From an uncultured Gammaproteobacteria bacterium (GTDB taxonomy: Bacteria; Pseudomonadota; Gammaproteobacteria; CAWCPV01), in assembly GCA_963797555.1 (NCBI GenBank), contig CAWCPV010000005.1:32001-96000 (forward strand): a stretch of DNA of 64,000 nt. Direction: 5' to 3'. A program made the position numbers and the translations under genes. Shown piece after piece: positions 35,835 through 46,963 of this stretch; position 1 is the first letter of the stretch; each line of letters begins with the position of its first letter. The notes below the pieces were generated by a model, which saw only the letters and a program-made list of their open reading frames with translations, was not told the DNA's origin and ran no database searches.

Positions 35835-36698
35835 ATGATTCAGGTCTTTATCGTGGGATGCGGCGACATCGGACGACGCGTGGGTGCGCGCCATATCCGT
35901 CGGGGGGAAGTCGTCGTCGGCCTGGTGCGCAGTGCGCAGAGCGCCGAACCTCTGGCGGCGGAGGGAATCCGGCCCGTGGTCTCCGACTTGGACGCACCCC
36001 TTGGGCGTACACCGGGTCCGCACGGCGCCCTCGTGTACTATCTGGCACCTCCCCCGAATCGCGGCCAACACGCCACAAGGCTGCGCGACTGGCTGCACAC
36101 CATCGCTGTCGAGCAGCTTCCGCGGAAGGTGGTCTACATCAGCACCAGCGGCGTCTACGGCGACTGTGGCGGCGAATGGGTGGACGAACACAGGACTCCG
36201 CGCCCCCAGACCGACCGGGCCCGGCGCCGCCTGCACGCCGAGCAGGTCCTGGCAGCGTGGTCTCGGCGGACCGCCGTTCCCGTGGTAGTGCTGCGGGTGG
36301 GCGGCATCTACGGTCCAGGGCGGCTGCCCATCGAGAGGCTGCGTGGTGGGCACGCTGTGCTGCGGGAGGAGGACTGCGGGTTCTCGAACCGCATTCACTC
36401 CGAAGACTTGGCGTCGGTCGCCGTAGCGGCTGCCGACGATGGTCCCGGTGGAGCCATCTATAACGTCAGCGATGGCCGTCCCGGGACCATGACTGAGTAC
36501 TTCAACGCCGTGGCCGATCTGCTCCAGTTGCCTAGACCGCCGGCAGTTTCCTGGGACGAGGCCGAACGGCGCCTCGGCGCGGAGATGATGTCCTATTTGC
36601 GCGAATCACGCCGGCTGAGCACAGCGCGCATGCGCCGAGAACTCAACGTCGCCCTTCGGTACCCCGATCTGGCCGCCGGGCTCCGATCCTGTGTCTGA
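35835..36698 (+). CDS. NAD-dependent epimerase/SDR family oxidoreductase
   Basis: GCGDIG, YISTSGVYG, IYGPGR, NRIH. Confidence 0.88.
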   Translation: MIQVFIVGCGDIGRRVGARHIRRGEVVVGLVRSAQSAEPLAAEGIRPVVSDLDAPLGRTPGPHGALVYYLAPPPNRGQHATRLRDWLHTIAVEQLPRKVVYISTSGVYGDCGGEWVDEHRTPRPQTDRARRRLHAEQVLAAWSRRTAVPVVVLRVGGIYGPGRLPIERLRGGHAVLREEDCGFSNRIHSEDLASVAVAAADDGPGGAIYNVSDGRPGTMTEYFNAVADLLQLPRPPAVSWDEAERRLGAEMMSYLRESRRLSTARMRRELNVALRYPDLAAGLRSCV

Positions 36699-36778
36699 AC
36701 ACGTTCCGGTATCCTCAAACACAGGACGGTTGCCAGCGGCGGCGCCGTCAACCGCCGGACGGGCCAGCCGAGGAAGAC

Positions 36779-37534
36779 TTAGGCACCGCCGTGCTCCCGG
36801 CATCCCGCCAAGTCCCCCCACAGCGCTTGCAAGGCCGCAACGGTCGCAAGCGCGACGGTCTCGGTACGCAGAATTCGAGGGCCGACGCGGACTCTTGCGA
36901 ATCCGCACGCGACTGCCAGAGCGATCTCCCCCTCGGTAAATCCGCCCTCCGGACCCGTAACCAGCATGACGCGGCCTCTGACGGGAGGGGTCCGGGCGAG
37001 GGACGCCCCCGCGCAGGGATCCAATACCAGCTTGGAGCCATCGAAGGCATCACTTAGCGCCTGCGCGACGACCATGGGCCGGTGGAGATCCGGAATGCGA
37101 TTACGGCCGCACTGCTGACAAGCGCTGACCATGATGTTGCGCCAGTGCTGCAGGCGTCGTTCGGCGCGCGTGCCGTCGAGTCTGACCTGGCATCGCTCCG
37201 CGATGATGGGGACGAACTCCTGGACACCTAGCTCCACCGCTTTCTGCACCGTGTAATCCATACGCTCGGCGCGCGAGATCGCCTGCAACAAGCGGATGTG
37301 GAGCGGCGACTCGGCCTCCCGTGCCCTGAACTCCCCCACCTCTGCGATGCAGCCCGCGCCCTCGCCGGCTGCGAGGGTGGCTTCGTATTCCCCTCCAAGG
37401 CCGTTGAAGAGGATGACCCGGGCTCCGGCGCTCAGCCGCAGCACGCGGGTGAGGTAGTGTGCGGCGCTCGACTCCAGCACGATGCTCGCGCCGGTCTCCA
37501 GATGAGTGGAGGCATAGAGGCGAGGAGCGCGCAC
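36779..37534 (-). CDS. rsmE: 16S rRNA m3U1498 methyltransferase
   Basis: HYLTRVLR, VQKAVELG, ACQQCGR, GPEGG, GPRILRTET. Confidence 0.95.
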   Translation of the reverse strand: MRAPRLYASTHLETGASIVLESSAAHYLTRVLRLSAGARVILFNGLGGEYEATLAAGEGAGCIAEVGEFRAREAESPLHIRLLQAISRAERMDYTVQKAVELGVQEFVPIIAERCQVRLDGTRAERRLQHWRNIMVSACQQCGRNRIPDLHRPMVVAQALSDAFDGSKLVLDPCAGASLARTPPVRGRVMLVTGPEGGFTEGEIALAVACGFARVRVGPRILRTETVALATVAALQALWGDLAGCREHGGA

Positions 37535-37536
37535 CG

Positions 37537-38892
37537 TCAGCTAGAGGTGGCCCGCCGGATGCCTTCCCACGCCACCTCGGCCACGTAGCCCAGTTGCTCG
37601 GGGGTCACCACGTACGGGGGCATGAAGTAGATGACATCACCGAGGGATCGCAGCAACACTCCCCGTTCGAGCGCGAAACGATACACTGCCAGGCCCCGAC
37701 GCTGCTCCCAGGGATAGTGGCGGCGCCGCGCTTTGTCCTCCACCATCTCCACGGCGAGAATCATTCCTTGCTGGCGGACCTCTGCCACATGGGGATGTTC
37801 TTCGAAATGCCCTGTGACTTCCGCCATCACCTGCGCCAGACGCCTGTTTGCGTCGAGCACACGATCCTGTTCGAAGATGTCCAAGGTTGCCAGCGCGGCC
37901 CGGCATCCCAACGGGTTCCCAGTGTAGCTGTGGGAGTGCAGGAAGGCCCGCTGTGCTGGGTAGTCGGCGTAGAACGCTTGGTAGACGGCGTCTGTCGTGA
38001 TCACCACCGACAGGGGCAGATATCCCCCGGTCAGGCCCTTCGAGAGACAGAGGAAATCCGGGGTGATCCCCGCCTGCTCACAGGCGAAGAACGTGCCGGT
38101 CCTCCCCATCCCCACGGCAACCTCGTCGGCGATTAGATGTATCTGAAGACGGTCGCAGGCTTCCCGTAGGAGCGTCAGATACACCGGGTGATACATACGC
38201 ATGTAGCCCGCGCACTGGACCAGTGGCTCTACGATGACCGCACAGACCTCGTCCGCGTACCGCTCCAGCGCTCGCAGCGTGGGCGCAAATACTTCCCGGG
38301 CGTGCTCGGCACAGGACTGATGGGGCTGGCGATGGAAGCAGTCCGGCGAAGGCACCGTGATAGGCTCCATGAGGAGCGGGCGGTAGGTGTCGCGATACAA
38401 GGGCGAGTTACACACGGCTAGAGCACCCAAGGTCTCGCCGTGGTAGCTGTTGTCGAGGGCGACGAAGCGTATCTTGGAGGTGATGCCGAGATTTTGCCAA
38501 TAGTGGAAGCTCATCTTGAGCGCCACCTCCACCGCGGTCGAGCCATTGTCGGCGTAGAAGCAACGGCTGAGCCCAGGGGGGGCCAGCCGCACCAGGCGCT
38601 CGGAGAGATCGACGACCGGCTGGTGGGTAAACCCCGCAAGCAACACGTGCTCTAGCGCGTCCAATTGTTCCTTCAGGGCCGCGCCGATGCGCGGATTGGC
38701 GTGGCCAAAGAGGTTGACCCACCACGAGCTGATGGCATCGAGATAACGTCGTCCCTCGAAGTCCTCAAGCCACACTCCCTCCGCCCGCCGCACCGGGATG
38801 AGCGGTATCCTCTCGTGGTCCTTCATCTGGGTGCACGGATGCCAGACGACCGCGAGGTCGCGCGCGCTGACGGCTGCGTTATCTAAACCCAT
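37537..38892 (-). CDS. bioA: Adenosylmethionine-8-amino-7-oxononanoate aminotransferase
   Basis: WHPCTQM, DAISSWW, YHGET, IADE, LSKGLTGG, HSHSYTGN. Confidence 0.95.
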   Translation of the reverse strand: MGLDNAAVSARDLAVVWHPCTQMKDHERIPLIPVRRAEGVWLEDFEGRRYLDAISSWWVNLFGHANPRIGAALKEQLDALEHVLLAGFTHQPVVDLSERLVRLAPPGLSRCFYADNGSTAVEVALKMSFHYWQNLGITSKIRFVALDNSYHGETLGALAVCNSPLYRDTYRPLLMEPITVPSPDCFHRQPHQSCAEHAREVFAPTLRALERYADEVCAVIVEPLVQCAGYMRMYHPVYLTLLREACDRLQIHLIADEVAVGMGRTGTFFACEQAGITPDFLCLSKGLTGGYLPLSVVITTDAVYQAFYADYPAQRAFLHSHSYTGNPLGCRAALATLDIFEQDRVLDANRRLAQVMAEVTGHFEEHPHVAEVRQQGMILAVEMVEDKARRRHYPWEQRRGLAVYRFALERGVLLRSLGDVIYFMPPYVVTPEQLGYVAEVAWEGIRRATSS

Positions 38893-39000
38893 GGCGTGCC
38901 CGCGAGGGGCCGGGTGCAGCACGGGGGATCCAGCATTGGAGGTCGGGTGCGGCGGTCCATGAGGTGGCCCCGACGGGGGCGGCCGCAGCGGTGGGCGGCG

Positions 39001-39525
39001 TCAGGGAGGGGCTGACGATGGCCGGTCCGGCGCAGGAGGCGTATCGCCGGCCGGGGGCGGCTTGGTCTCCGCCGCCTGAGCCAGCACCAGATGCTCGAGG
39101 GCAGGCAGGTCGGGAATCCGCGCAGGCTCCCCCTTGATAAGCACGCCACGAGACACCAGGGACTCGGTTGGCGCACCCTCGCGCTCGCTAATGGTCTTGT
39201 CGGTGATCTGCAGGAGATGCGGGGTGCCGGCCGTCACCAGAGCGTAAAAGTCCACCCCAGCCTCTGCGCGGAGGACATTCAGCACCACCAGGCTGGTGGG
39301 CGTACCGTCGTGCATCCGACGATGCCCGCAGGCAGCCTCGAAGGACACGATCGGGATCGGACGGTCCCGCCATCGCACGTAGCCCAGCCACCAGTCCGGG
39401 GCCTCCTCCGCCCGCTCCGGCGGCAGGTAGCGAACCACTTCGGCCACCACGGCACAGGGGAGAACGAGCGGATCACCCTCCACCGGGATCAGGATGCTGG
39501 GCACTACCTCGAAGCGTTCGCTCAC
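39001..39525 (-). CDS. chpC: CheW-like protein ChpC
   Basis: LVLPCAVVAEV..PDWWLGYVRWR..PIVSFE; last gene of the Pil-Chp cluster; start GTG 39525 or 39564. Confidence 0.8.
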   Translation of the reverse strand: MSERFEVVPSILIPVEGDPLVLPCAVVAEVVRYLPPERAEEAPDWWLGYVRWRDRPIPIVSFEAACGHRRMHDGTPTSLVVLNVLRAEAGVDFYALVTAGTPHLLQITDKTISEREGAPTESLVSRGVLIKGEPARIPDLPALEHLVLAQAAETKPPPAGDTPPAPDRPSSAPP

Positions 39526-39544
39526 CGACCCACCCTTCCCCTCG

Positions 39545-40561
39545 TCAGCCGTGGCACGTTTCACTCAAGCGGCGCGCAAGCTCGGAGGGCCGCGCACTAA
39601 AGCTCACCGTTCCGGTGGCACGTGCGCGATCCGGCATACTGCTGATGAAGCAGCTATCGGCATCCTGCGCCCAAACCACACCGCCTCGGGCGGCGACAGC
39701 CCGACAACCGCGCGCTCCGTCATCCCCCATGCCGCTGAAGATGATGGCCCCCGCCTCGTGCCCATACTGCTCGGCCGCTTGCATCATGATGGCATCGATC
39801 GATGGACGGTAGCCACTGTCCGGGAGTTCAGCCCCGAGCGCGAGCTCCTTATCGCGACCGATGGTCAGTGCTCTTTCCACCGGGGCGATGACGACTTGGC
39901 CCCTGTGCAGCGCCGTGCCGGGCCTGGCGGGTACCACCTCCAGCGCCGTGAGCCTGCCGAGCTGATTGGCGAGTGGAGCGATGAAACGCTCGCCGATGTG
40001 CTGTGCCAGGATAAAGCCAGCCTCCACGCTTGCGCGCATAGCGCCTAGGAACTCCTTGACAGCCTGAGGTCCCCCGACCGATGCCCCCAGCACCCAGACC
40101 CGCTCCGCAGGCAGCGCGCCCCGGCTGGGCGTCGCCGCCGTCATCAACGCCGGTTGCCTTCCCGCAGGCATGGTGCTCGCCACGTCGGCCGTTCTGAGGG
40201 ACTGAGATGTACGCTCCGCAGCGACGTCGCGCACCTTCTCCATGAGTCTTGCCAGCCACTTTCCGCGGCTCAAACCCAAACCGAGGGGGCTCGTGGAGCC
40301 GTCGTTGAAGAGCACCGGCACGGCCGTCCTCTCCACCAGCGCCTCCAGCAACAGTGGATCACACTCGATATCGTCGTCCAAGTCGACCAGCAACACATCG
40401 GCATCCCCTGGGACAATCCCGCTGAGGAATGCTCGGCAGATGGGCCCGAAGGCGACTACCTCGATGCCCCCCGCCTCCAAGTCGCGCCGCAGCGCATCGG
40501 CCCGGTCCGCCCGATTGCACCCAATGGCCAGCCGCGGCGGCCTTCGAGCCGCCTCTTCCAT
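39545..40561 (-). CDS. chpB: CheB-like methylesterase ChpB
   Basis: GASVGGP, AQHI, YRPSID, SGMGDDG (Ser-His-Asp retained). Confidence 0.88.
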   Translation of the reverse strand: MEEAARRPPRLAIGCNRADRADALRRDLEAGGIEVVAFGPICRAFLSGIVPGDADVLLVDLDDDIECDPLLLEALVERTAVPVLFNDGSTSPLGLGLSRGKWLARLMEKVRDVAAERTSQSLRTADVASTMPAGRQPALMTAATPSRGALPAERVWVLGASVGGPQAVKEFLGAMRASVEAGFILAQHIGERFIAPLANQLGRLTALEVVPARPGTALHRGQVVIAPVERALTIGRDKELALGAELPDSGYRPSIDAIMMQAAEQYGHEAGAIIFSGMGDDGARGCRAVAARGGVVWAQDADSCFISSMPDRARATGTVSFSARPSELARRLSETCHG

Positions 40562-40562
40562 C

Positions 40563-43500
40563 TCACCGCCGCTCTCGCAGCACTGCGTGAATGTTCTCCA
40601 GGAGGTCAGCCTCCTGGTAAGGCTTGCCCAGGTATCGGTCCACTCCGATCTCGATGGCGTGCCGGCGGTGCTTTTCACCGATGCGGGAAGTGACCATGAC
40701 GATCGGGATGTCCTTCAGCTCGGGCGTATGGCGCATGTGGCGAGCTAGCTCATAGCCATCCATCCGCGGCATCTCAATGTCCAGAACCATCACGTCCGGC
40801 TTATGCTCCTCCAACTGCTCGAGCGCCTCAACCCCATCTGCCGCGGTCAGCACGCGCATGCGATGACGTTCCAGCAGCCGTGTAGCCACCTTGCGCATGG
40901 TGAGCGAGTCGTCCACCACCATGACAGTCAGAGCTTCCTCGGCGATCCTTTCGCGCACCTCGCCAGGACCGCGGGCGGTACGCATCATCGCCATCCCGCG
41001 ACGCACCACCGTTCCGCCTTCCAGAATAAGGGCGGCGCGCCCGTCGCCCAGGATGGTCGCGCCGAGCAGGCCCCGGACTGCGCTGAGTTGCGGGCCCAGT
41101 GGCTTGACCACGATCTCGCGGCGCCCCAAGATGGCCTCCACCTGCAGTGCCACTTGCTGATCACCGGAACGCATCAGCAGCAGCGGCAACTTCTTTCCGG
41201 GTCCCGGGAGCTCGGGTGGAGGACCACCGAGGAGCGTGGCGAGGTGCATGAACTGGTACGACGTACCGGCATACCTCACCGTCGGTGACTGGCTGCGATA
41301 GTAACGGGCCAGGTCTTCATGCCTCGCCTGGGTCACTGCCTGCACCTGCCCCAGAGGGATGGCGTAGACCTCGGTCCCCGCCTGCACGATCAGGGCCTGG
41401 GTAATGGACATCATCAAGGGCAAGCGGATGATGAAGGTCGTTCCCAGGCCCTTCGTCGAGCGGATCGAGACCGTGCCCCCCATCTGTTTGACCGTAGCGT
41501 CGACAACGTCGAGGCCTACGCCACGTCCGGAAATCTGGCTGACCTGCACGGCCGTCGACAACCCAGATTCCAGAATGAGCTGCAACAGCTCCTCTTCCGG
41601 GATCTCGGCAGCGGCATCGATGAGGCCGCTCGCGACCGCCTTGCGCCTCACCGCTTCCAAGTCCACCCCGCCGCCATCGTCGCCAACCTGGACGACCACA
41701 TCGGTCCCCTGTCTGCTGACGAGGACGTCTATCGTCCCCCGCACCGCCTTCCCTCGCGTTCGTCGGACATCCGCGGCCTCGACACCATGGTCGATGGCAT
41801 TTCGCAGAATGTGCTCCAATGAAGCCACCATCTTGTCCAACACGGCCCGATCCAGCTCGTTTTGGCCGCCCCGCACCCGCAGCTCGGCCTGTTTACCCAG
41901 CTCGCCGCAGAGCTGCCGGACGATACGGTTAAGCCGCGGGACCAGCACAGCGAAGGGCAGCATGCGGGTGTGCATCAGCCCTTCCTGGAGGTCGGTGTGC
42001 GCTCGTCCCTGTTGCACCAGCAACAGTTCTGCGTCGCGCGCGAGGGTATCGATCAATAGTCGGATGTTGTCGAGATCGCTGACGCTCTCGTTCATGCTTC
42101 GCGACAGTTGCTGCACCGACGAGTACCGATCGAGCTCCAGGGGCTCGAATACGGCATAATCCTGGCCGACCGGGGATTCTTGATGGCGGAATAACATCTG
42201 CGCTTCCGTCTCGATGGACAGGCGACGCAGCTGATCGACCAGCCGCTCCGAGGTCTGCTGGAACTCGTCGAGGGCCTGATGGAACCCGTTCACCTGCTGC
42301 TCCAGGCGCGAACGGTAGATGCTCACCTCGCCGGCAAGATTCACCAACCGGTCGAGGAGGTCGGCACGTACCCGCACCTGCTCATACTGCGGCCGACCGC
42401 CCGGCACCGGCTCTTCCCGGGGTGGAAAGGGGAGGACTTCACCAAGCCCGCGGGGTGCCGCGGCGGCTCCGAGACCCGCCGCCTGCGCAGGCTCCAGCAA
42501 GCCTCGGAGATGCGCGATGGTGTCGCCCGCCGGCGTGGGTGACGACCCGTCCCGGAGGCGCCGCAGCATGTCGCCCAACAAATCGACCGCCTGCCGCAGC
42601 CGTTCCATCACCTCGGGCGTCGCCTCGAACGTGTCACTTGCCAGCGCCTCGGTCACTCCTAGCATCTCGCCGCCCAGCCCTTCCACGGCCGAGAGACCGG
42701 CTAGGCCAGCGCCACTCTTTAGGCCACGCAGGCTGTCGCGCAGTCTGTCGAGAGATAGGACATCCTGAGGAGCCCGTGTCCAGGCAGCCAGTGCCTCGCG
42801 TGCCGCCTCGGCTAGGGGAAGACCCTCCTCCAGGAAGAGGCTGCGCAGGCCGCGCTCCTCTTCGGTGAGTGGCTCGCCAGGTAAGGCGTCGGGGCCGGCT
42901 GCCAGTGTCAGGCCGGCTGCCGGAGGAGGACCCGCCGCACCCAGCGCCGCGGGATGCTCCACTACCCACTGCACTCGCTCCAGGAAATCAGTTGCCGGCA
43001 TCACGGGGGTACGGCTGTGCAGAGAGTCCAGCATCTGCGCCAGTCGGTCGTTGCCTGCCTGGAGGAGGTCGAACAGCCCGCCCGCGATGGGGAGGTGCCG
43101 CTCCAGGCCAGCCGCGAGCAGCGACTCGAGAGCGTGCGCCAAGTCGCCGAGGGCGCTCACCCCCGCCATGCGCGCGCTGCCCTTCAGCGTATGAAGCGAG
43201 CGCTGCAGTGCCTCCCGCCACTGCCGCTGTTCGGGCTCCTGGCGCCAGTGCTCCAGATTAGCCTCGTTGCCATCGAGCAGCTCGCTCGCCTCCTGGAAGA
43301 ATATCGCTGCGAGTTCGGCATCCATCTCGACGACTGCCCCACCGGAGGGGAGCGTCGGTGCTTGATTGGGCGTTGGCGTTTCCGGGGGCGCCTCCCACGT
43401 CGCCTGCACGGAATTCGTAGGGGGCTCCATCACCCCGACGTGCCCCCCGGTCGACTCCGCCGACGGCTCCTTCGCCAGCTCCGTCAGCGCGATGAACGGC

Positions 43501-46059
43501 ACGACCTCCGAGGCGACGGTGTCTTCAGACTCGGTCTGCGGCATCGTCTCAACGGCTGGCGCGCCCGCCGGTGGCGTCTGGGCCTCGGAGGGGGGCACGG
43601 ACTCCGCGGCCGCGTCGGCGGCACCGACAGATTCAGCCTCCTGAGCTGCGGTCTCTTCGAACACCGCCCGAGCCTCCGTGGGAGCGATGGTGGCCACCTC
43701 GGAGGCGCCCGGCTCCGTCTCGGAGAATCAGTGGCGGTTGCTCCACCGCGGCGCGTTGCGCAGCGACGACCGCTCCGCGGGCCTCGCTAACGGCGTGCGC
43801 CCGCTCGGCCAAGGCGTTCACGTCCAAGCGGGGCGCGGGCCCGCCCTGCAGTTGGGTGAGCAGTTGCTCCAAGGCCCCCCTGCCCTCGTCCATGAGTGCG
43901 AACATCGACGGGTCCGTAGGGATCGTCCCATCGATGACGCGGTTCAGCATGTTCTCGAACGCCCAGCCGAACTCGCCCAGAGTCGTCGCACCGACCATCC
44001 GGCCGCTGCCCTTGAGGGTATGGAACGAGCGCCGCAGGGTCTTCAGGCTCTCCGCATCATCGGGATCTGATGTCCAGCGATGGAGTTGATCCCCGATCTT
44101 CGCAACCTCGTCCCGCGCTTCCTCCAGGAAGACTTCTACCACTTCGGGATCGACGCCCTCCAAGACGACCGTCCGTGGGGGGGCTTCGGCCTGACCCGGG
44201 CCAATCTCGTCGGTTGCCTGGCCGCCGGCCTCCGGCGCGGCCGGTTTCGGGCTCAGCAGCTCCACGGTTTCCTCGGCGGCTGGCGACTCGGGCGGCGCGG
44301 GCGCGACCTCGGGCAGAGGCGCCTCTGCCGTCGTGGGCTCGGGTGGGAAACGCTCGGCCACACCGCCCACGTCTGTCGGAGCCTCGGTCGACGCCTGCCG
44401 CGCCTGTAGGCCCGCGAGCTTCTGGTCTACCTGGTCCAGCCAGCTATTCCCACGGCTCTCCTGCCCCCGTTCCGCGGCATCTAGATATTCCGCCAAACCC
44501 GCGACGCTGTCCGCGAGTGCTTCCAGGGACCGAGGGTCCACAGAGCCGCCGGCCTGTGGGATCAGAACCTGCTCCAGGACCCGAGTGCAGGCTCTGAACG
44601 CGGCGGTCGGGCGGGTCAGGCCGAGCATGGACAACGCGCCCGCAATCTGGCGCAGGGTCGATACCGCCTTCGGCAGCAGGTCACTACGTCCGCGGTCGAG
44701 CGTGAACTCCTCGATCGCCTCCATCACCCCGCCCATGTCGCTCCTGGCCTGTCCGATAACGACGGCGGCCAGGTCTCGATCTTCCAACGCTGTCGCCGCA
44801 GCACCCGAAGTCCCCGCCCCGGTGCGGGCGGCGCGGGTGAGCACCGCTTCGGCTCCGACGACGGTCCCCGCCACATCGGTCAGCTGAAGAGCGTGCGGGG
44901 GCTTTTCCCCAGAGACCACGCTCGCGACGTGCTCAGCCTGCACACGCAGTGCGTCGCTGGGCTCCAACAGACCAAGCATCTGCAGGATGTCGCTCAACCG
45001 CCTCAGACGCTCTCCCACGGGTGCAAGGTCGGGCGGTTGCCAGGATTCCTGCCGCGCCAGCATATCCAAGGCATCCTTGACCGCAGCGATATCCTCCTGT
45101 AGCGCGGGAAGGACACCCTGGAACAGCGACGTGGCCGGGGCAGTCAGCTCCTGGCGAACCTTCTCCAGCAACTCAGCCGAAGGGAACAGCTCCGCCAACC
45201 GGAACCCCTCCTGCACGGCGCGCAAGCGAGGCGTGGCCGGGTCGGCCTGCGCCACGATGTATAGGAGATCCCTCAGCATCGGCTCGCTCACTGCCAACGC
45301 CGCGGCGGGCTCGCCCTGCTCCGCTGCGGTCTTTAGGATCGCGTCCGCACGGCCGAGCAGTCGCTTGACCGCGACATCCGGCACCAGCGGACCGCGGGCC
45401 AGCGCCTCCGCCGCTGCAGCGACCAGCCACCATAGCCGCGCGGTCTCCGGGAGAACACACGAGCGCTTCAATCGCTCGGCGGCCTGTGCCATGACCGTCA
45501 GTCCATGCCGCGGAGTACGATCTCGCAACCACTCCAAGAGACCAGCCTCATACAAGGGCCTTACGCGGGCTGGCTCCGCGCCCGACGTATCCGCGCCCGC
45601 CGGCGGGACCCAATCCGAAGGTGCCACGGCCAGGTCTGGAGTGAACAGGTCCCGCTCTGCCAAAGGCGTCGCGCCCTGGAGCACCCGCAGATCGTTCACC
45701 ACGGCCAGGAGCGCCAGTGGCAGATCCTGGTGTTGGGTCCGCACCCATTCCAGATAATTGGGCAACACGAGGATCGCGCGCGTCAGGGCATCGAAGGCCT
45801 CGGGGCGCCGGGCACCCGCATCGTTCACCAGGGCCTGGGCCACCGCCTCCATCTCGCGGGCCAACATCGCCGACCCTGAGGACTCGGTCATCTGCAAGGC
45901 ACCGCGCACCTGTTGCAGAGCCACCAATGCGGCGCGCAGCCCATCGACCTCGGCGGGCTGCTCGAAGAACGTCTCCAGGCCTGCGCGAGCCTGCGCAAGA
46001 CTCTTGTCGATCTCGCCCCGGATCCACGACAGGCCCCCAAAATCGCGAATGTCATCCAT
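40563..46059 (-). CDS. chpA: ChpA/PilL hybrid CheA-type histidine kinase, frameshifted near 43715
   Basis: Multiple Hpt-like repeats (HTLKGS twice), HILRNAIDHG, DDGGG, SGRGVG, CheW domain, C-terminal receiver; split into ORFs 43633-46269 and 40563-43697. Confidence 0.9.
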
Positions 46060-46061
46060 AG

Positions 46062-46946
46062 CTATCCCCCCCCTCTCTGCACGGACCCCTCCGTCCTCGC
46101 GAACGCCAATGTGTTGGCAGCACTCTCGCGCCTGAGTAGCGGGTGAGACCAATGCACCATCTCCCCGGGACCGAGCACGAGAAGACCCCCGGGGGCCAGG
46201 GAGTGCACCAGCGTATCCAATATTCTGAGGCGTACGTCCCTGCTGAAGTAAATCAATACGTTCTGGCACATAACGAGGTCCGACTCCTGTGCGCAGTGCA
46301 GGCCACCCTCGACGACATTGGCTTCAAGAAACAGGACACGCTGCCGCAGGTGCTGCGTCACGCGGCAGTTCTCTGCGTCCTCCGGCACGAAGTAGCGCTC
46401 CCTCAACAGGGGCGGCACCTCTTTGACCTTGGCGCGGGCATATCGGCCGGCCCGCGCGGTCGCCAGCGCCCCGACGCTGATATCGGAGCCGATGACGTGG
46501 AACTCGTGGTCAAGGCCCGGCCGACGTAGCGCGTCGTCAATGACCATCGCCAGGGTGTACGGCTCCTCCCCCGTGGCACAGCCGACACTCCAGGCTCGAA
46601 TCCGAGACGGTGATCGAGACCGTTCCAGCCACGCCAGACCATGGTTTCGGATGAGGTCGAAGGAAGGCGGATGACGAAAGAAATGCGACTCGTGGATAGT
46701 CAGACGATCGAGAAGCACGGACCATTCCGTATGCTTGGGCTCCCGCGTCCGTACGAAGTCGTAGTATGGACGGAACTCCTCGAAGCCGATCTCGCGCATA
46801 CGCATGCGCAGCCGCGTCTCGAGGAACGAGCGCTGGCTGCGGGACCACCGTATTCCGCTACGCCGCTCCAGCAGCCCGGCCCACAACATGAAGTCATCCT
46901 CGCCCATCGGGGGCGACGCCCGCAGCACTGGGGCTCTCGCCGTCAT
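46062..46946 (-). CDS. pilK: CheR-like methyltransferase PilK
   Basis: LTIHESHFFRH, WSVGCATGEEPY, GSDIS, CQNVLIYF. Confidence 0.9.
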   Translation of the reverse strand: MTARAPVLRASPPMGEDDFMLWAGLLERRSGIRWSRSQRSFLETRLRMRMREIGFEEFRPYYDFVRTREPKHTEWSVLLDRLTIHESHFFRHPPSFDLIRNHGLAWLERSRSPSRIRAWSVGCATGEEPYTLAMVIDDALRRPGLDHEFHVIGSDISVGALATARAGRYARAKVKEVPPLLRERYFVPEDAENCRVTQHLRQRVLFLEANVVEGGLHCAQESDLVMCQNVLIYFSRDVRLRILDTLVHSLAPGGLLVLGPGEMVHWSHPLLRRESAANTLAFARTEGSVQRGGG

Positions 46947-46963
46947 CGCCCTCAAGACTATTC

